Of a DNA stretch of 64,000 bases, positions 15,480 to 27,054 are shown in pieces (positions within the stretch are counted from its first letter, which is position 1; every line of letters begins with the position of its first letter). Source of the stretch: the human T2T-CHM13v2.0 reference genome, Homo sapiens; the NCBI RefSeq assembly GCF_009914755.1, contig NC_060931.1. One strand, written 5' to 3'. The position numbers were made by a program, and so were the translations under genes. The notes under the pieces were generated by a model. The model was not told the DNA's origin and did not search any database. It saw only the letters and a list, made by a program, of their open reading frames with translations.

Positions 15480-16589
15480 TATTTCCCCCCTCCCTTTAAT
15501 AAGAGAACCCTTAATCTTAAGGGTTGTTGAGAGCTGAAGATTCATCTCCATAACTTCTTCAGGCTGAATAGGGGCAATGATATTCCTGCCTAACTATTAG
15601 GGTCTCTTATATTTGGTGTACAGAGAGGCTCAGTCAGAAAGCGTCAATATGATGAGGGCCATTCATGACTCTGAATTCTGATAAGTGATATCTGGAAGAT
15701 TAATATGTGTTCAATTTAAGAAAACATTGAGTAAGCTTATCTTGCATTCCTGCAAAGAGTATAACAGCAAATATATTCCACAACATAAAGCAAAATAAGC
15801 AAAATTATCCCAAGTAAACTAAATAAGAAGGTATTCCATGAACTGGGCAGCTGTTGGAACCAAGCTGATATGAAGTTGCTATATGTGTTACATATTTCAA
15901 TATGGGCCAAGAATTTGAATATTGATCCAGATTTTTACATTACTCATCCTTCTTGTTTATTCTGGGCAGCAGCCAGAGATCACTGCTTGGGTCACAGGAA
16001 TAAGCAGGGTTAGTTTAGATTGCAGAAAAAAAATCTCAAAAACAACAGATGAGTCTAGAATCTAATAACAGGTGTACCATAGTTTTTGAAATGTAATTTT
16101 TCTCTCTCTGGTCTCCTATTTTTACAAAAGAGAAATCATGGTAAGACTGGTTTGCTTTATTATACTTGGCCTGATTATTTGCATGAAGGGCAGCAAGAAT
16201 AATTATTTTTTACATAGGCTTTTTAAATTGGCTTTGATGGAACTCTGTTCCACAGAAGGAATCTCAGATAAGACTTTTTAAAAGCCAAGCCCAGCCATGG
16301 CTTTTTACCATCAAATACCTGTGAGTTGGGTAAATTCCTCTCCTTTGAGGTCCCAAGATAACTTGGGGTTTCTGGGCCTGTCAGAAAGTGATATTCTTTA
16401 TTTACAACAGGTCAGCAACCCTGTACAGGGACTGTGTAGATGTGTAGGAGGCCAGTTTTCCCAAGGGGCTTTTATTGGCTCTACAAGTCAAGTTTGATAC
16501 CTTAAAGGAAAGCACTCCATTCCAGTCAAAGCCTTGGTAAAATAACCAGTTTCTCCAGTTGTGTCCTGTTACAAAAGAAAACAGATTCT

Positions 16590-16889
16590 GGCTAGGCATG
16601 GTGGCTCACGTCTGTAATCCTACCACTTTGGGAGGCCAAGGCAGGTGGATCACCTGAGGTCAGGAGTTCGAGACCAGCCTGGCTAACATGGCAAAACCCC
16701 GTTCCTACTAAAAATACAAAAATTAGCCAGGTGTGGTGGCGTGCGCCTGTAATCTCAGCTACTTGGGAGGCTGAGGCAGGAAAATAGCTTGAATCCAGGA
16801 GGCAGACGTTGCAGTGAGCCAAGATCACGCCACTGCACTCCAGCCTGGGCAACAGAGTGATATTCCATCTCAAAAAAAAAAAAAGAAAG
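16590..16889 (+). mobile_element. AluSx-like
   Basis: Full dimer. TSD aaaagaaaacagattct / aaaataaaacagtttct. Confidence 0.95.
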
Positions 16890-16953
16890 AAAATAAAACA
16901 GTTTCTTATTGCACTTAAGCAAATAACTATATTGCCATAAGTTAAGAGTACTT

Positions 16954-17252
16954 GGGTTGGCACAGTGGCTCATACTTGTAATCCCAGCATTTTGGGAGGC
17001 CGAGGCGGGTGATCACCTGAGGTCAGGAGTTTGAGACCAGTCTGGCCAATGTGGTGAAATCCTGTCTCTATTAAAAATACAAAAATTAGCTGAGTGTGGT
17101 GGTGGGTGACTGTGATCTCAGCTACTCGGGAGGCTGAGGCAGGAGAATGCTTGAACCTGTGAGATGGAGGTCGCAGTGAGCCGAGATTGTTCCACTGCAC
17201 TCCAGCCTGGGTGCCGGAGTGAGACTCCATCTCCCAAAAAAAAAAAAAAAAA
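16954..17252 (+). mobile_element. AluS
   Basis: Full dimer with poly(A). TSD aagagtactt / aagaatactt. Confidence 0.95.
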
Positions 17253-19999
17253 AAGAATACTTACAAATAGTTTTCAAATTCTGGATAAATCAGGTAGAAA
17301 GAAACAAATATGGTCCAAATTTTATTCACAGGAATTTATTTTACCCAATTGTTAAAAGTTGTAAATAGTTCAAATGTTTTCTTGACTTTGAAAAATAAAA
17401 CAAAGGATCAGCAATGTTTTAGGCAAAAAGTAAAAAAAAAAATTACTTTATTCCTTTATTAGTTCAGTCCAGGCAGTTAACTCCTGTTCTGCTTGATATT
17501 CATGAATATTCCAGCTCTCCATGAGAGTCCTGAAAGTTTTTTCCCGTATTCTAATGTTGCAATCACCAAAGTTATCAGAAACCTGCATTCAAGTACACCT
17601 GTCAAAGTTCTATAGCTGATTATAAACCACCTTTGAAGAGGATCAAAACAAGACAACAATTGCCTATGGATGACAAAATGTCTTAGAGCAGCCACAGTCA
17701 AAAATATGACAAAGAAATTTGGTTACCTCTGTGGCATACGATAATTTAACATAACAATCATAATTATTACTGATAATGTACACTAAATCATAGAATTATA
17801 GGAGTATCTCATAATTTTGGAACACATACCAATAACACATTTATACAAATACAGCCCAAAGAAAGCCAAACACCATTTCATATTTGATAATGTTTCCTGT
17901 ATGATTTTTATACCAAATAAGCCAAATTTCTCCATTGCATTAGTATACTATTAATGTCAATCCCAATTTTAAATAAAACCTTATAGACAAATCTATTCAA
18001 TCTTAATCAGTTTAACCGTAAGGTAAGATTATTATAAGCTTTCCATAACCCTTTACATTATTTGTGAAAGTGCAGATCAGTGCTCTAAGAAAACCCTGTT
18101 GTACTTTTATTCCAATGTTCAATTTACAAAAAAACTGAATACTCCTTGAACTTTAGCCAATATGTTCACACACTTAATTTCTTTTACAAGATTAATTTTT
18201 CAGAAACCTTCTACAACTTGCTCAAACCTTCAGCTTTTCCCTATCTAATTTGAAACAATCCTTTAACCCTTTAATCTAGGGAAAAAAATCCACATTCCCA
18301 TTCCCATGCCTTTTCATAATCTTTACCAAAAACACATTTCACTTTCTTATCCACCTTGCATGTAAAACTGTTTTTTCAGTATTCTCAAGTACATGTTACG
18401 CTGTTAACTCTTAGTAACTTTTGGTGAAAAACCTGGTTAGTAAGCGATTCTAATTATGAACTAGGTGTGGAGCCTAGAGCAGCCAGTTTTGAGCTTGCAA
18501 AGTCTTTTAAGTGCTCAAAATAATTTTTAGAGCTAACCATGACATGAACCCCAAAATTCTTGTCCTCCAGAAGGCAGATATTAAGAGAAAGCATGGCCCG
18601 GGTGATAATAAGGTCAAGCTCCCAAGGGCATACAAGACAAGAGGGAAAGCTCATTCAGTAATTTTTTTTAAGAGACCTGCAGCAAACTTTGCAACTGACC
18701 AGTTTGCTGGGCTGGCTTGAACAGCAGGCTTATAGGGTTCCTAGGCCCACATTCTATCCTAAGGTACCCCTCTTTTATGACACAACACAGAAAGACAAAT
18801 TCATAGCACAAGGCACAGATTTGATACAGCTTAAGACTGGCCTTATAAATCCTTTTTCCTGTGAATCAAAACTTTGCAGAGGAGATAAACAGTCATTTTT
18901 ACCATTCATTCAACTAGTTTGCATAGACAGAGAGGCCAGCAGTGTGACCGGTAAGAAACCCTTACCCTTTTGCCAGCATGTCAGGCTCCTGGGTTCCCTA
19001 TCCCTAAGCAGTCCTAGTGACCCGGCTCACCCACCATATCCCTGGGGGCTAAGCCACAACACAAAGGAAAATCATGAAACCATAGGCAAAATCCTCTCAA
19101 TTTTGCAAGTGGCTGCCCAACCGGCTGCCTGGGGGAACAGAATTAACATTTTCTATTCCAGCCAGAGCAAAATACCTGTGACAAAACACAGACATTAGCC
19201 ACTCCACTTAGGACCCAATATTGAACTGGCAAGACTCAAATTTTTCCCCAGTTGGACTCGTCACCTTTGATCCATTCAAAGTGTGTTGGAATGATCTTCT
19301 ACCAGGGGTTTCAACATGCGGTCTCTGGGCAAGATGGTTGCCCTGAGTAACAGAAAAGATAACAAAGAGAAAGTTGAGAAAGAGAGAGAAAAGCACTGCC
19401 TGCGGCAGGGTAGGGAAGGCAAGGCACTCAGGGAGGCCAGAGAAAGACCCACCCATTGCACTGAATCAAAAAGTTCAGGCGGCTGCTTGTCAGTCACAAA
19501 GGGATCTTTTCCAGCAGTCCCATCGGCTCTCAAGTTTCCTCCATCAGGGAGGAAAAGACTCCCAATGTCCCATGATCCTGTACCTGCTTAATTCTGTCAC
19601 CCACAGCCATCAGCAAAGAGTGCAAGGCAGATTAATCCAAAGAGAATAGCGTATAACACCCCGTAGTGCTGAACCCATTCTTAGCAGAGAGGGATTTTAC
19701 TGCGGGGAGGGGGCGGTTTCTAACCCCTTAACTCTTAGGAAGGACTCTAACCTTCCTAAGTTGGGCTTCCAACCCAAGTTTGGTCAGGTGTCCTTGCCCT
19801 TATTAAGAGGGGCCTTTAACCCCACTCTGTCTTGGGAGAAACTCTAACTCCCCTAAGCTGGGCCTCTAACCCAATCCCATCCTTTACCCAGATACCTCAC
19901 CACTCACCCAAAGTCAGCTGATTGGTGCTGCGACCTGTTTCCTTTGTTGTTGGGGGGTGGGTCTCCTCAGTATCACCCCTTTGAAGTTTGCCAGGAAGA

Positions 20000-20617
20000 T
20001 GTTATCAGAAAGGGGTCCCAATCTAGACCCCAAGAAAGGGTTTGGATCTCACCCAAGAAAGAATTTGGAGCGAGTCCATAGAGTAAAGTGAAAGCAAGTT
20101 TATTAGGAAAGTAAAGGAAGAATGAATGGCTACTCCATAGGCAGAGCAGCAGCATGGGCTGCTGTACTGATGATGCTTATTGCTACTTCTTGATTATATG
20201 CTAAACAAGGGGTACATTATTCATGAGTTTTCCAGGAAAGGGGTAGGTAATTCCCACAACTGAGGGTTTGTCTCCTTTTTAGACCATATAGGGTAACTTC
20301 CTGATGTTGCCATGGCATCTGTAAACTGTCATGGTGCTGGTGGGAGTGTCTCTTAACATGCTAACGCATGCTAAGCAGTGAGGACGACCAGAGGTCACTT
20401 TCATTGCCATCTTGGTTTTGGTGAGTTTTGGCTAGCTTCTTTGCCACATCCTGTTTTATCAGCAAGGTCTTTATGATCCGTATCTTGTGTTGACCTCCTA
20501 TCTTATCCTGTGACTTAGAATGTCTAACATCCCGGGAATGCAGCCCGGTAGGTTTTAGCCTTACCTCACCCAGCCCATATTCAAAATGGAGTTGCTCTGA
20601 TTCAAACGCCTCTGACA
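20000..20617 (-). mobile_element. MER41B-like 5' LTR
   Basis: The minus strand begins tgtcagaggcgtttgaatcagagcaactcc. Homologous to 14879-15479. Confidence 0.9.
20230..20238. promoter_or_regulatory. GAS (STAT) motif TTCCAGGAA in the MER41B LTR
   Basis: Exact TTCNNNGAA match at the position of the MER41B tandem GAS sites. The partner site is degenerate (TTCCCACAA). Confidence 0.5.
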
Positions 20618-21182
20618 GTTTGAGCCATAAAGATAGCTCAAGCTTGTACCAAGTGGCCATAGAAGATTTTCCAAAGGCCAGAGCCACCTCCATTCCGAGT
20701 CACTTACGTTGGTCACCAAATTATTAACTCAAAATATGTGAGACAGGTCTTCATCAATTTAGAAAGTTTATTTTGCCAAAGTTAAGGATGCATGCCCATA
20801 ACACAGCCTCAGGAGGTCCTGACGATATATGCTCAAGGTAGTCAGGGCACAGCTTGGTTTCATACATTTTAGGGAGACATGAGACATCAATCAATATATG
20901 TAAGATGTACATTGGTTCTGTCTAGAAAGGTGAGGGTGGGGGGGTGGTGCTTCCAGGTCATAAGTAGGTGAGAGACAAATAACCATTGGTTTCTCAATAA
21001 CCATTTGCATTGAGTTTCTGATTAGCCTTTCAGAAGGAGGCAATCAGATACGCATTTATTTCAGTGAGCAGAGGGATGACTCTGAATAGAATGGGAGGCA
21101 GTTTTGCCTTAAGCAATTTCCAGCTTGACTTTTTTCTTTAGTGTAGTGATTTGGGGGTCCCAAGAGTTATTTTCCTTTCACA
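20618..21182 (-). mobile_element. MER4A-type LTR (20721-21182) plus ~100 bp of PBS/leader
   Basis: The minus strand begins tgtgaaaggaaaataactcttgggacccccaaatcac. It is followed by a PBS-like tttggtgaccaacg. Confidence 0.85.
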
Positions 21183-21199
21183 GCAGCAACACTGTGGGT

Positions 21200-21600
21200 C
21201 TACCTGAGAGGTTAGGCAAAGCATCGTGCGGGATTTAGGGTTTGCCAGATACAGACAGGGAAGAACATTCTAGATAGAGGAAACAGAGTATGCAGAGTTG
21301 TGAAAAATCAGGCATGTTTGGTGAACTGCTAAATGTCTGTGTTACTGAATTAATAAGTATGTGTGTGTGGGTGTGTTTGTGCAAGTGTGTGTTTGTCGGC
21401 CACGTTGGAAAAGGCTTGTGTGTCAAGCATTGAAGGTTTCATTTGGTCCCATAGCCAGTGAGATGGGTTTTTAAGCAGGAGAATGGCATGGTCGGCTCTG
21501 ACGTGTAGGAAGGCAACTCGAGTGGCTGCAGGTTGGAAGGCTGGAGGCAGGGAGGACAGTTAGGAGCACTTGCAGTAGTCCCAGAAATTGCAAAGGACAT
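21200..21600 (-). mobile_element. L2 fragment
   Basis: gggaagaacattctagatagaggaaacag...ttttaagcagga...ctggaggcagggaggacagttagga. Confidence 0.7.
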
Positions 21601-22224
21601 CAGTCTTAAGGTGGGCCCAGCTCAACAGTGACAGGGCTTATGGGCACGAGAAAAGAAGACACCAGCTGTAAATGGTTCAGTTGATTGACAGATGCAGAAG
21701 ACTGAAAATTCCTCAGTGGTGGAAGTTGTCCCTGGGGCTTCCATACAAGGCCTTTTCCACCAGGACTCAAGCAAGCTGTGTGTTCAGGAAGATCATTAGG
21801 AAGTGGTCAAAGAGATTTTTTTTCTTTCTTTCAAAGAAACAGGAAAACATATAAGAAATGCTCTTAAACCACTGGGTCTCTTAGCAAGTGTAACTTCTGG
21901 TCAGAGAGGTGTACCACACAGGGGTATTAGTTGGAGAAAGGATATTTATTTCCCTTTAGCTGAAGAAATTTCTGTATTGCTTTCATACTAGAATTTTTTT
22001 TTTCTGCAATTAATCTGCCACCTCGTGGCCTAATGAGAAATTTCAATTTCCATAGCTTGGAGAGGGAGGATTGAAGAAGCAGAAGTCAACACTCTTTCAC
22101 TTAATAGAAACATCGACATACTACTGACTGCCAGCACAGGAGTGCTTTCCTCTAACTATATAATGCCCTTGTTACCTGCTATTCAAAGGGTGTTTTGTGA
22201 TTTTCCAAAAACTCAAAAAATAAC

Positions 22225-22503
22225 GAGGAAGTGCTTGACTCATAGACACTTCATACACGTGTATGTTTTTGACTCCACAAAATGAAAACTAGAATATGGT
22301 TCTTGTATTTTAATGGGAAAAGAAAATGTCCTAAAAGCTATACAACTTTATAAGATTAATTTCAACTTCTAAAATATTGCTTAAAATAATAAAGTGAATT
22401 TGCAAATATAGATAAAACCTGGACACTGAGCAAACACCCATTAAGCTAAAATGAAAAATGAACACAAGCAGATTGATGGGACTGCTTTTCTGTGGCTGAG
22501 TCA
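22225..22503. promoter_or_regulatory. Candidate enhancer motif cluster (PU.1/ETS, AP-1 x2, E-box)
   Basis: GAGGAAGT 22225-22232, TGACTCA 22236-22242, CACGTG 22256-22261 and TGAGTCA 22497-22503, all in non-repeat DNA. Confidence 0.4.
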
Positions 22504-23035
22504 TAAACCTGTATGTAATAATTGATCTTCTTGAGAAACTGAGAGGGCTGCTTTTGTGAGAGATGGGTGATCTTTGAATCAGATCACTTCTTGGATTCTA
22601 CACAGATCAAATAAGCCATCCTGAAATGTGTCCCTAAGTCAGGAGTGCAGTGCAGCAAGGAGGGTAAGAAGACCAGCACTGGGTTGGACTGTCACCTGCT
22701 GGGTCAGGCCTTTAACCTTTCAGTTGCTGGATAATAGGGAGGTGGGGAGTCCCAGAGGAGGATGGGGGAGGGGCACTAGAAAGCCAGACAAGTGCAGATG
22801 CCTGTTGCTCTTAGTTCAATCTACCCTGGCCCTCAGAAAGGCTGTCTAAAGAAGATGTCTTTTAATAGGTACATTCGCCTAGTACAATACTTAAGAGTAT
22901 AAAATTGTTAACATAAGATGTGGTCAGAGTTTATTTTTGCTCTTTTGTGAAGCAGCTGTGTGCAAAGCAAATTAAAAGCATAAATACAACTTTAAAAGAA
23001 TATTTAAACCATCTAGGTACTAATAGATTTCCCTA

Positions 23036-23086
23036 AGTTTCCATTTCCATATCTTTCTGTAATGATTTTCCTAAGTTTCCATTTCC
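23036..23086. promoter_or_regulatory. Tandem ISRE-consensus motifs
   Basis: AGTTTCCATTTCC at 23036-23048 and 23074-23086. Both match AGTTTCNNTTTCY. Confidence 0.5.
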
Positions 23087-23999
23087 GTAATTCTGACTAC
23101 ACAACTGTCATTAATTCTTTAAAAAAGTCAATCATTTTGTTTTCTAGATCCAAACGTATTGTTCGTACATAGTGTTAATTTAGTGTCCTCCTTTCTAATA
23201 GCAATACTTAGAATTTGTTATATATCTTAAGTAATTGGCAGGTAAACTTCTTTCTGAATAGAAAACTATTTCTTATAGGATTTACTTGGTAACAGTTTGT
23301 TAGCAACAAGTCTCAATGACTCTTTCACATAAGAAAGAAATGCAATGTCTTTGAAACATTGTATGCTTCTGACTTTTTAAAACTAATTTAAAATACTGGC
23401 TCATCCCAGTCCAGATTTTATTATTATTGTTATTGTTATCATTTATTTTATTGGCAATGTATCAAGGAAAGTGAGAGCCAGAAGAAAACTGAAAAGTAAT
23501 TGAGTATACCCAGCTGCTATTTGAGTCAACTCATGTCCTGAATACCTAGTTTGATTTTGATCCACATTGATGGAAAGGTAAAGGAAACCAACTAATCTAT
23601 GAAGGATCATGTGGAGAGTGAGTGTTACACAAATCATACGGAAACAAAAGTGATCACTCTTGGATACTTCCAGAGAAGCTGATGCAGCAGGCATGGCTGC
23701 AGGGCCAACCAAGATGGCAGATGCTAGAGTTGGGCCCAGGAGGCAGGGATGAAGGTAAGTGGGGCTGTCACAAGTAAACAGAGGGAAAGAACAGTGTACA
23801 CCCAGGAGAGAGAACCAAGGATCACATGGTTTAGCTTTGGGAAGGACGCCAGATAATTACATGACCCAATCACTTCTTTCAGAGGGAGGATGGGGGCTGT
23901 GGGAAAGGATTGTGCTGGTGAGGGAGGAGGTCACACAACTTCTGTTTTCAGCCATGTAAATGAAGTGAAAATTGGGTGGTGACCTGAAAAGTGGTAGAA

Positions 24000-24165
24000 C
24001 AGCAGTTCTCCACCTTAGCTGCATATGAGAATTACTTGGGGAGCTTTGAAAAATCCTAATGCACAGATTCCTCATCTGACTCTGAGAGTGGGACCCAGGC
24101 ATCCTATCTTTTAGAGCTGTTTAGGTGATTTCAATGTATAGTGACAGTTGCGAATCACTAGTGTA
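24000..24165. mobile_element. MER5A-like DNA transposon
   Basis: cagcagttctccaccttagctgcatatgagaattacttggggagcttt...ggtgatttcaatgt...ttgcgaatcacta. Confidence 0.8.
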
Positions 24166-25999
24166 GAAAACATACTTGTGAGATTTCTAGCCCTGAGCAG
24201 ATAGGCTATGTGACCTCAGAAGAGGAGATGAGACCTAGCTATTGGCCTGCCTTTCTCAGCTCCATAGAAAAAAAGTACTCTAACTCGGAGGCTCAGCTTT
24301 CAGTAGCACTTGACTAATTCTGACCAGGCCCAGGACTATATTAGGAGCTCAGTTCTCATCAGCTGGTGGGGAAGCTGGAATGAATTTTGTTGCCCACAAT
24401 TCTACCCCTGGGCAGCCCCATTCTCAGAGAGCTGTAACCTTTCCTCCTGCCTCCTGACTTTCAGATTTTGGGTTTCATTCCTCTACCTGCTGGAACTAGA
24501 ACTAAGCTAAGCCTTCCAGCCAACTGTGCTGGTCCTGCCTCCTCCCTAGAGCTGGACTGTGACGCCTTATCATGGCTGCTGGCTAAAGGCCGGCCTGCAC
24601 CCTGGTGGATCTCACCATCAGCTTACCTTCTTGAACAACTGTGGTATCAATTCTAGCATGGAAAGAGTTGAGGTCACAGAATCCTTGGGGACAATGGGAC
24701 TTGCACTGCTGGCCCTCTCTCACTGGTGCCAGTCTTATGGCTAGGTTACTTTCTGGAGACTGAACATCCCAGTTGTTGGCCACCTCTCCTTTCCCACTGT
24801 CCACTGTTGCCTCAACACTGAAGACAAATGGTCAGAGCTCAAGCAGCCAGATCAAAATTGTGCCACCCCACTGGTAGGAGGATAACATCTCACTCCTCAG
24901 GGCATTCAGATGTTTTGGAGATTGAGAAGTCTGTTGGGAATCTATTTAACACACAGTATTCCTCCATGAACCCATCACCTGGAATCATCAAGAAGGCTTC
25001 TGAAGGAAGGAAAGGGATGGGGTAACAAGATGTGAGTTATGAAGGTATTTGGAAGAATTGGAAAGGAGAGGGGTGCTCAGCTTAGAGAATTGTTTACAGC
25101 AACATTGGCAAAAGCATGGCAGTCGAGGCTCTGCTGCATCTTCCCATACCCACAGCACATGTCACCCATCAACTTCAACATCCTCACCTGCTGCACTTGG
25201 CCTGGGCTTTAAATCGCTCAATCTAGCTTTCCAGGTTTTGCTACGAATCAATCAGAAAACCGTCAGCCATCCTGGGTCTAAATGAAGAAGCACATTTCTT
25301 CATCAGGGCCACCAACACAGTATAGGCGTTCATGGTTGAGAGGAGGTCAGAACAGGAAACCAGAGAAGAAGCCTGTGTTATGGAGAAGTAAACTCATTTC
25401 TCAAGGTTTTGTAGTAAAATTTAATACTTTATTTATTAAATTATGCCCAATTCACACAATTCTCTCCTTTTTGCTAATTCCTCATTTTCCCCAGTGCCAT
25501 TTCCCTTAAGTGTGGTCTCTCTCATAATCCTCCCAACCCCTCTTTCTTTTTTTTTAAATTGACTAGTGTGCTATTGAGGTGAAAATAAAAATGGCTTCCT
25601 GGAAACCCCTCCTGACCTCAGGCAACCCGCCAAGTTGAGACCAAGGACAGAAAAGGCAACTGGGGAGTCATGTGACTTAGGAGTGCCTCTCCATGCTGAG
25701 TAGCCATTTGTCCCCATTTGAATCTAATTTGTGATCGTTTTCCAACCCCTGCAAATACTTTAGATTCTGCAGGCACCAAATGTTCCCTGGCATGTCAAAC
25801 AAAAACACAAGAATAGAACAGAAGGTTGACATTTCACCCAACCCTATGGAACAGAAAAGAAAAATATTAGAAGCTAAAAGATTGCTTTCAGTGCATGCAG
25901 TTCTGGGAAGGTTAAATCAGATTAAATGTTCTTACCTCCCTTTAAAATCGACCCAAGTACAGCATGGTTTCTATTCCTGATTAAAGCTCGTCCCGTATC

Positions 26000-26420
26000 T
26001 CCAACTGTTGGCAAAACACTTGGAGGCACTTGGATAGTCTATTGTTACCTATGCATGTTATCAGTATTCTCCTAGTCACCCCGAATTGAAACCTCAGAGC
26101 CATCATTGATGTTTTCTTCTTAATCTGTGGCATCTAACTGCATCAATGTCCAACAGATTCTCCTCTCAAAATGTCTGTAGATCAACTCTCTTTATTGCTT
26201 CATTCTTAGATTACTGCAGCCACTTGATCTGACAGCCTCCAGCTTCAACTCCCTCCATTGCTAGACCAATAGTCCTAAAACTCAACTTTCCCCTTTCTAA
26301 TACCCCTCTCAATAACCTCCCATGGATTCCCAAGCTGACATACAAAGCCTAAAACTCCTTAGGCTGTTATGCAAACCCTCGATAATAGACCACTATATTT
26401 CCTATCTTCATTATTTCTAA
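26000..26420 (+). mobile_element. L2 fragment
   Basis: gaaacctcagagccatcattga...ttagattactgcagc...caaagcctaaaactcctt. Confidence 0.6.
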
Positions 26421-26863
26421 TGAGAAAAGGAAGGAACTCTTATCTGAGGAATGCAAGTCCTTTTAAATGATCAGGCCCAGAGAGTCATTCAAATGAGACA
26501 GCAATCGTGTCCTACTGCTGTCCCAGCGCCCTTTGAGCTCTGTATTCATCTCTTGAAACTGCTTACTATTGCCACAAGTGGCTCTAAATTAACCTCATAA
26601 TGCTGCACCAGACACTGTAACTCACACCCTATACCTTAACAGCGTGAAGCTAATCAGTTGCTTCTGTTATTTTAATATAAATTCTTGGTAAACAACTCGG
26701 GAACTGCTTCTTCTTTCCCTTCAATGATCCACTTGTAACTGCTACTAATCAGAGATTACATTGAAGGCAATTTGAATCTGTGCTTTCAGGCTGCAATCCT
26801 TGAGCCTGGCCCAAATAAACTCTCTACTTATATTAATTTTGCATTTCTTCCTTTTAGGTTACC
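26421..26863 (+). mobile_element. MER65-like ERV1 solo LTR
   Basis: tgagaaaagg...ttatctgaggaatgc...tcaggcccagaga...ggcccaaataaactctcta...ttttaggttacca. Confidence 0.7.
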
Positions 26864-27054
26864 ACTGACTATTTCCTAACAGTACACATGTGCTCCAAAA
26901 ATCATGTTTTCACCCAAAGTGAGTCCCTTGTTAGGTACTTGAGTGGCCTTTTGGTTTGCTTTCCTCTTAGCCTCTAGCAGAGGGTCAAGGGAGACCCCTA
27001 AAGTTCTGGGTGTTTCTAGGAACATTCCCCCATTCTCACCTCACCAGTACCATT

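Larger units (their letters stand above)
15480..19999 (-). mobile_element. MER41 internal sequence (non-coding) carrying two Alu insertions
   Basis: Lies between two MER41 LTRs, with a PPT at the left end and a degenerate PBS-like TGG at the right end. Confidence 0.8.

Noticed and set aside
16592-17355. Alu-derived ORFs here and at 6196-6726, 28917-29255, 43478-43901 and 58575-58841
   Set aside because: Standard Alu translation artefacts.
18689-19649. 169-aa and overlapping ORFs in the MER41 internal region
   Set aside because: They lie in the ERV leader, mostly antisense, with no gag/pol/env motifs.
24180-25500. Cluster of 60-80 aa ORFs in unassigned DNA
   Set aside because: No recognisable domain or coherent exon structure. 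Lengths are as expected by chance.
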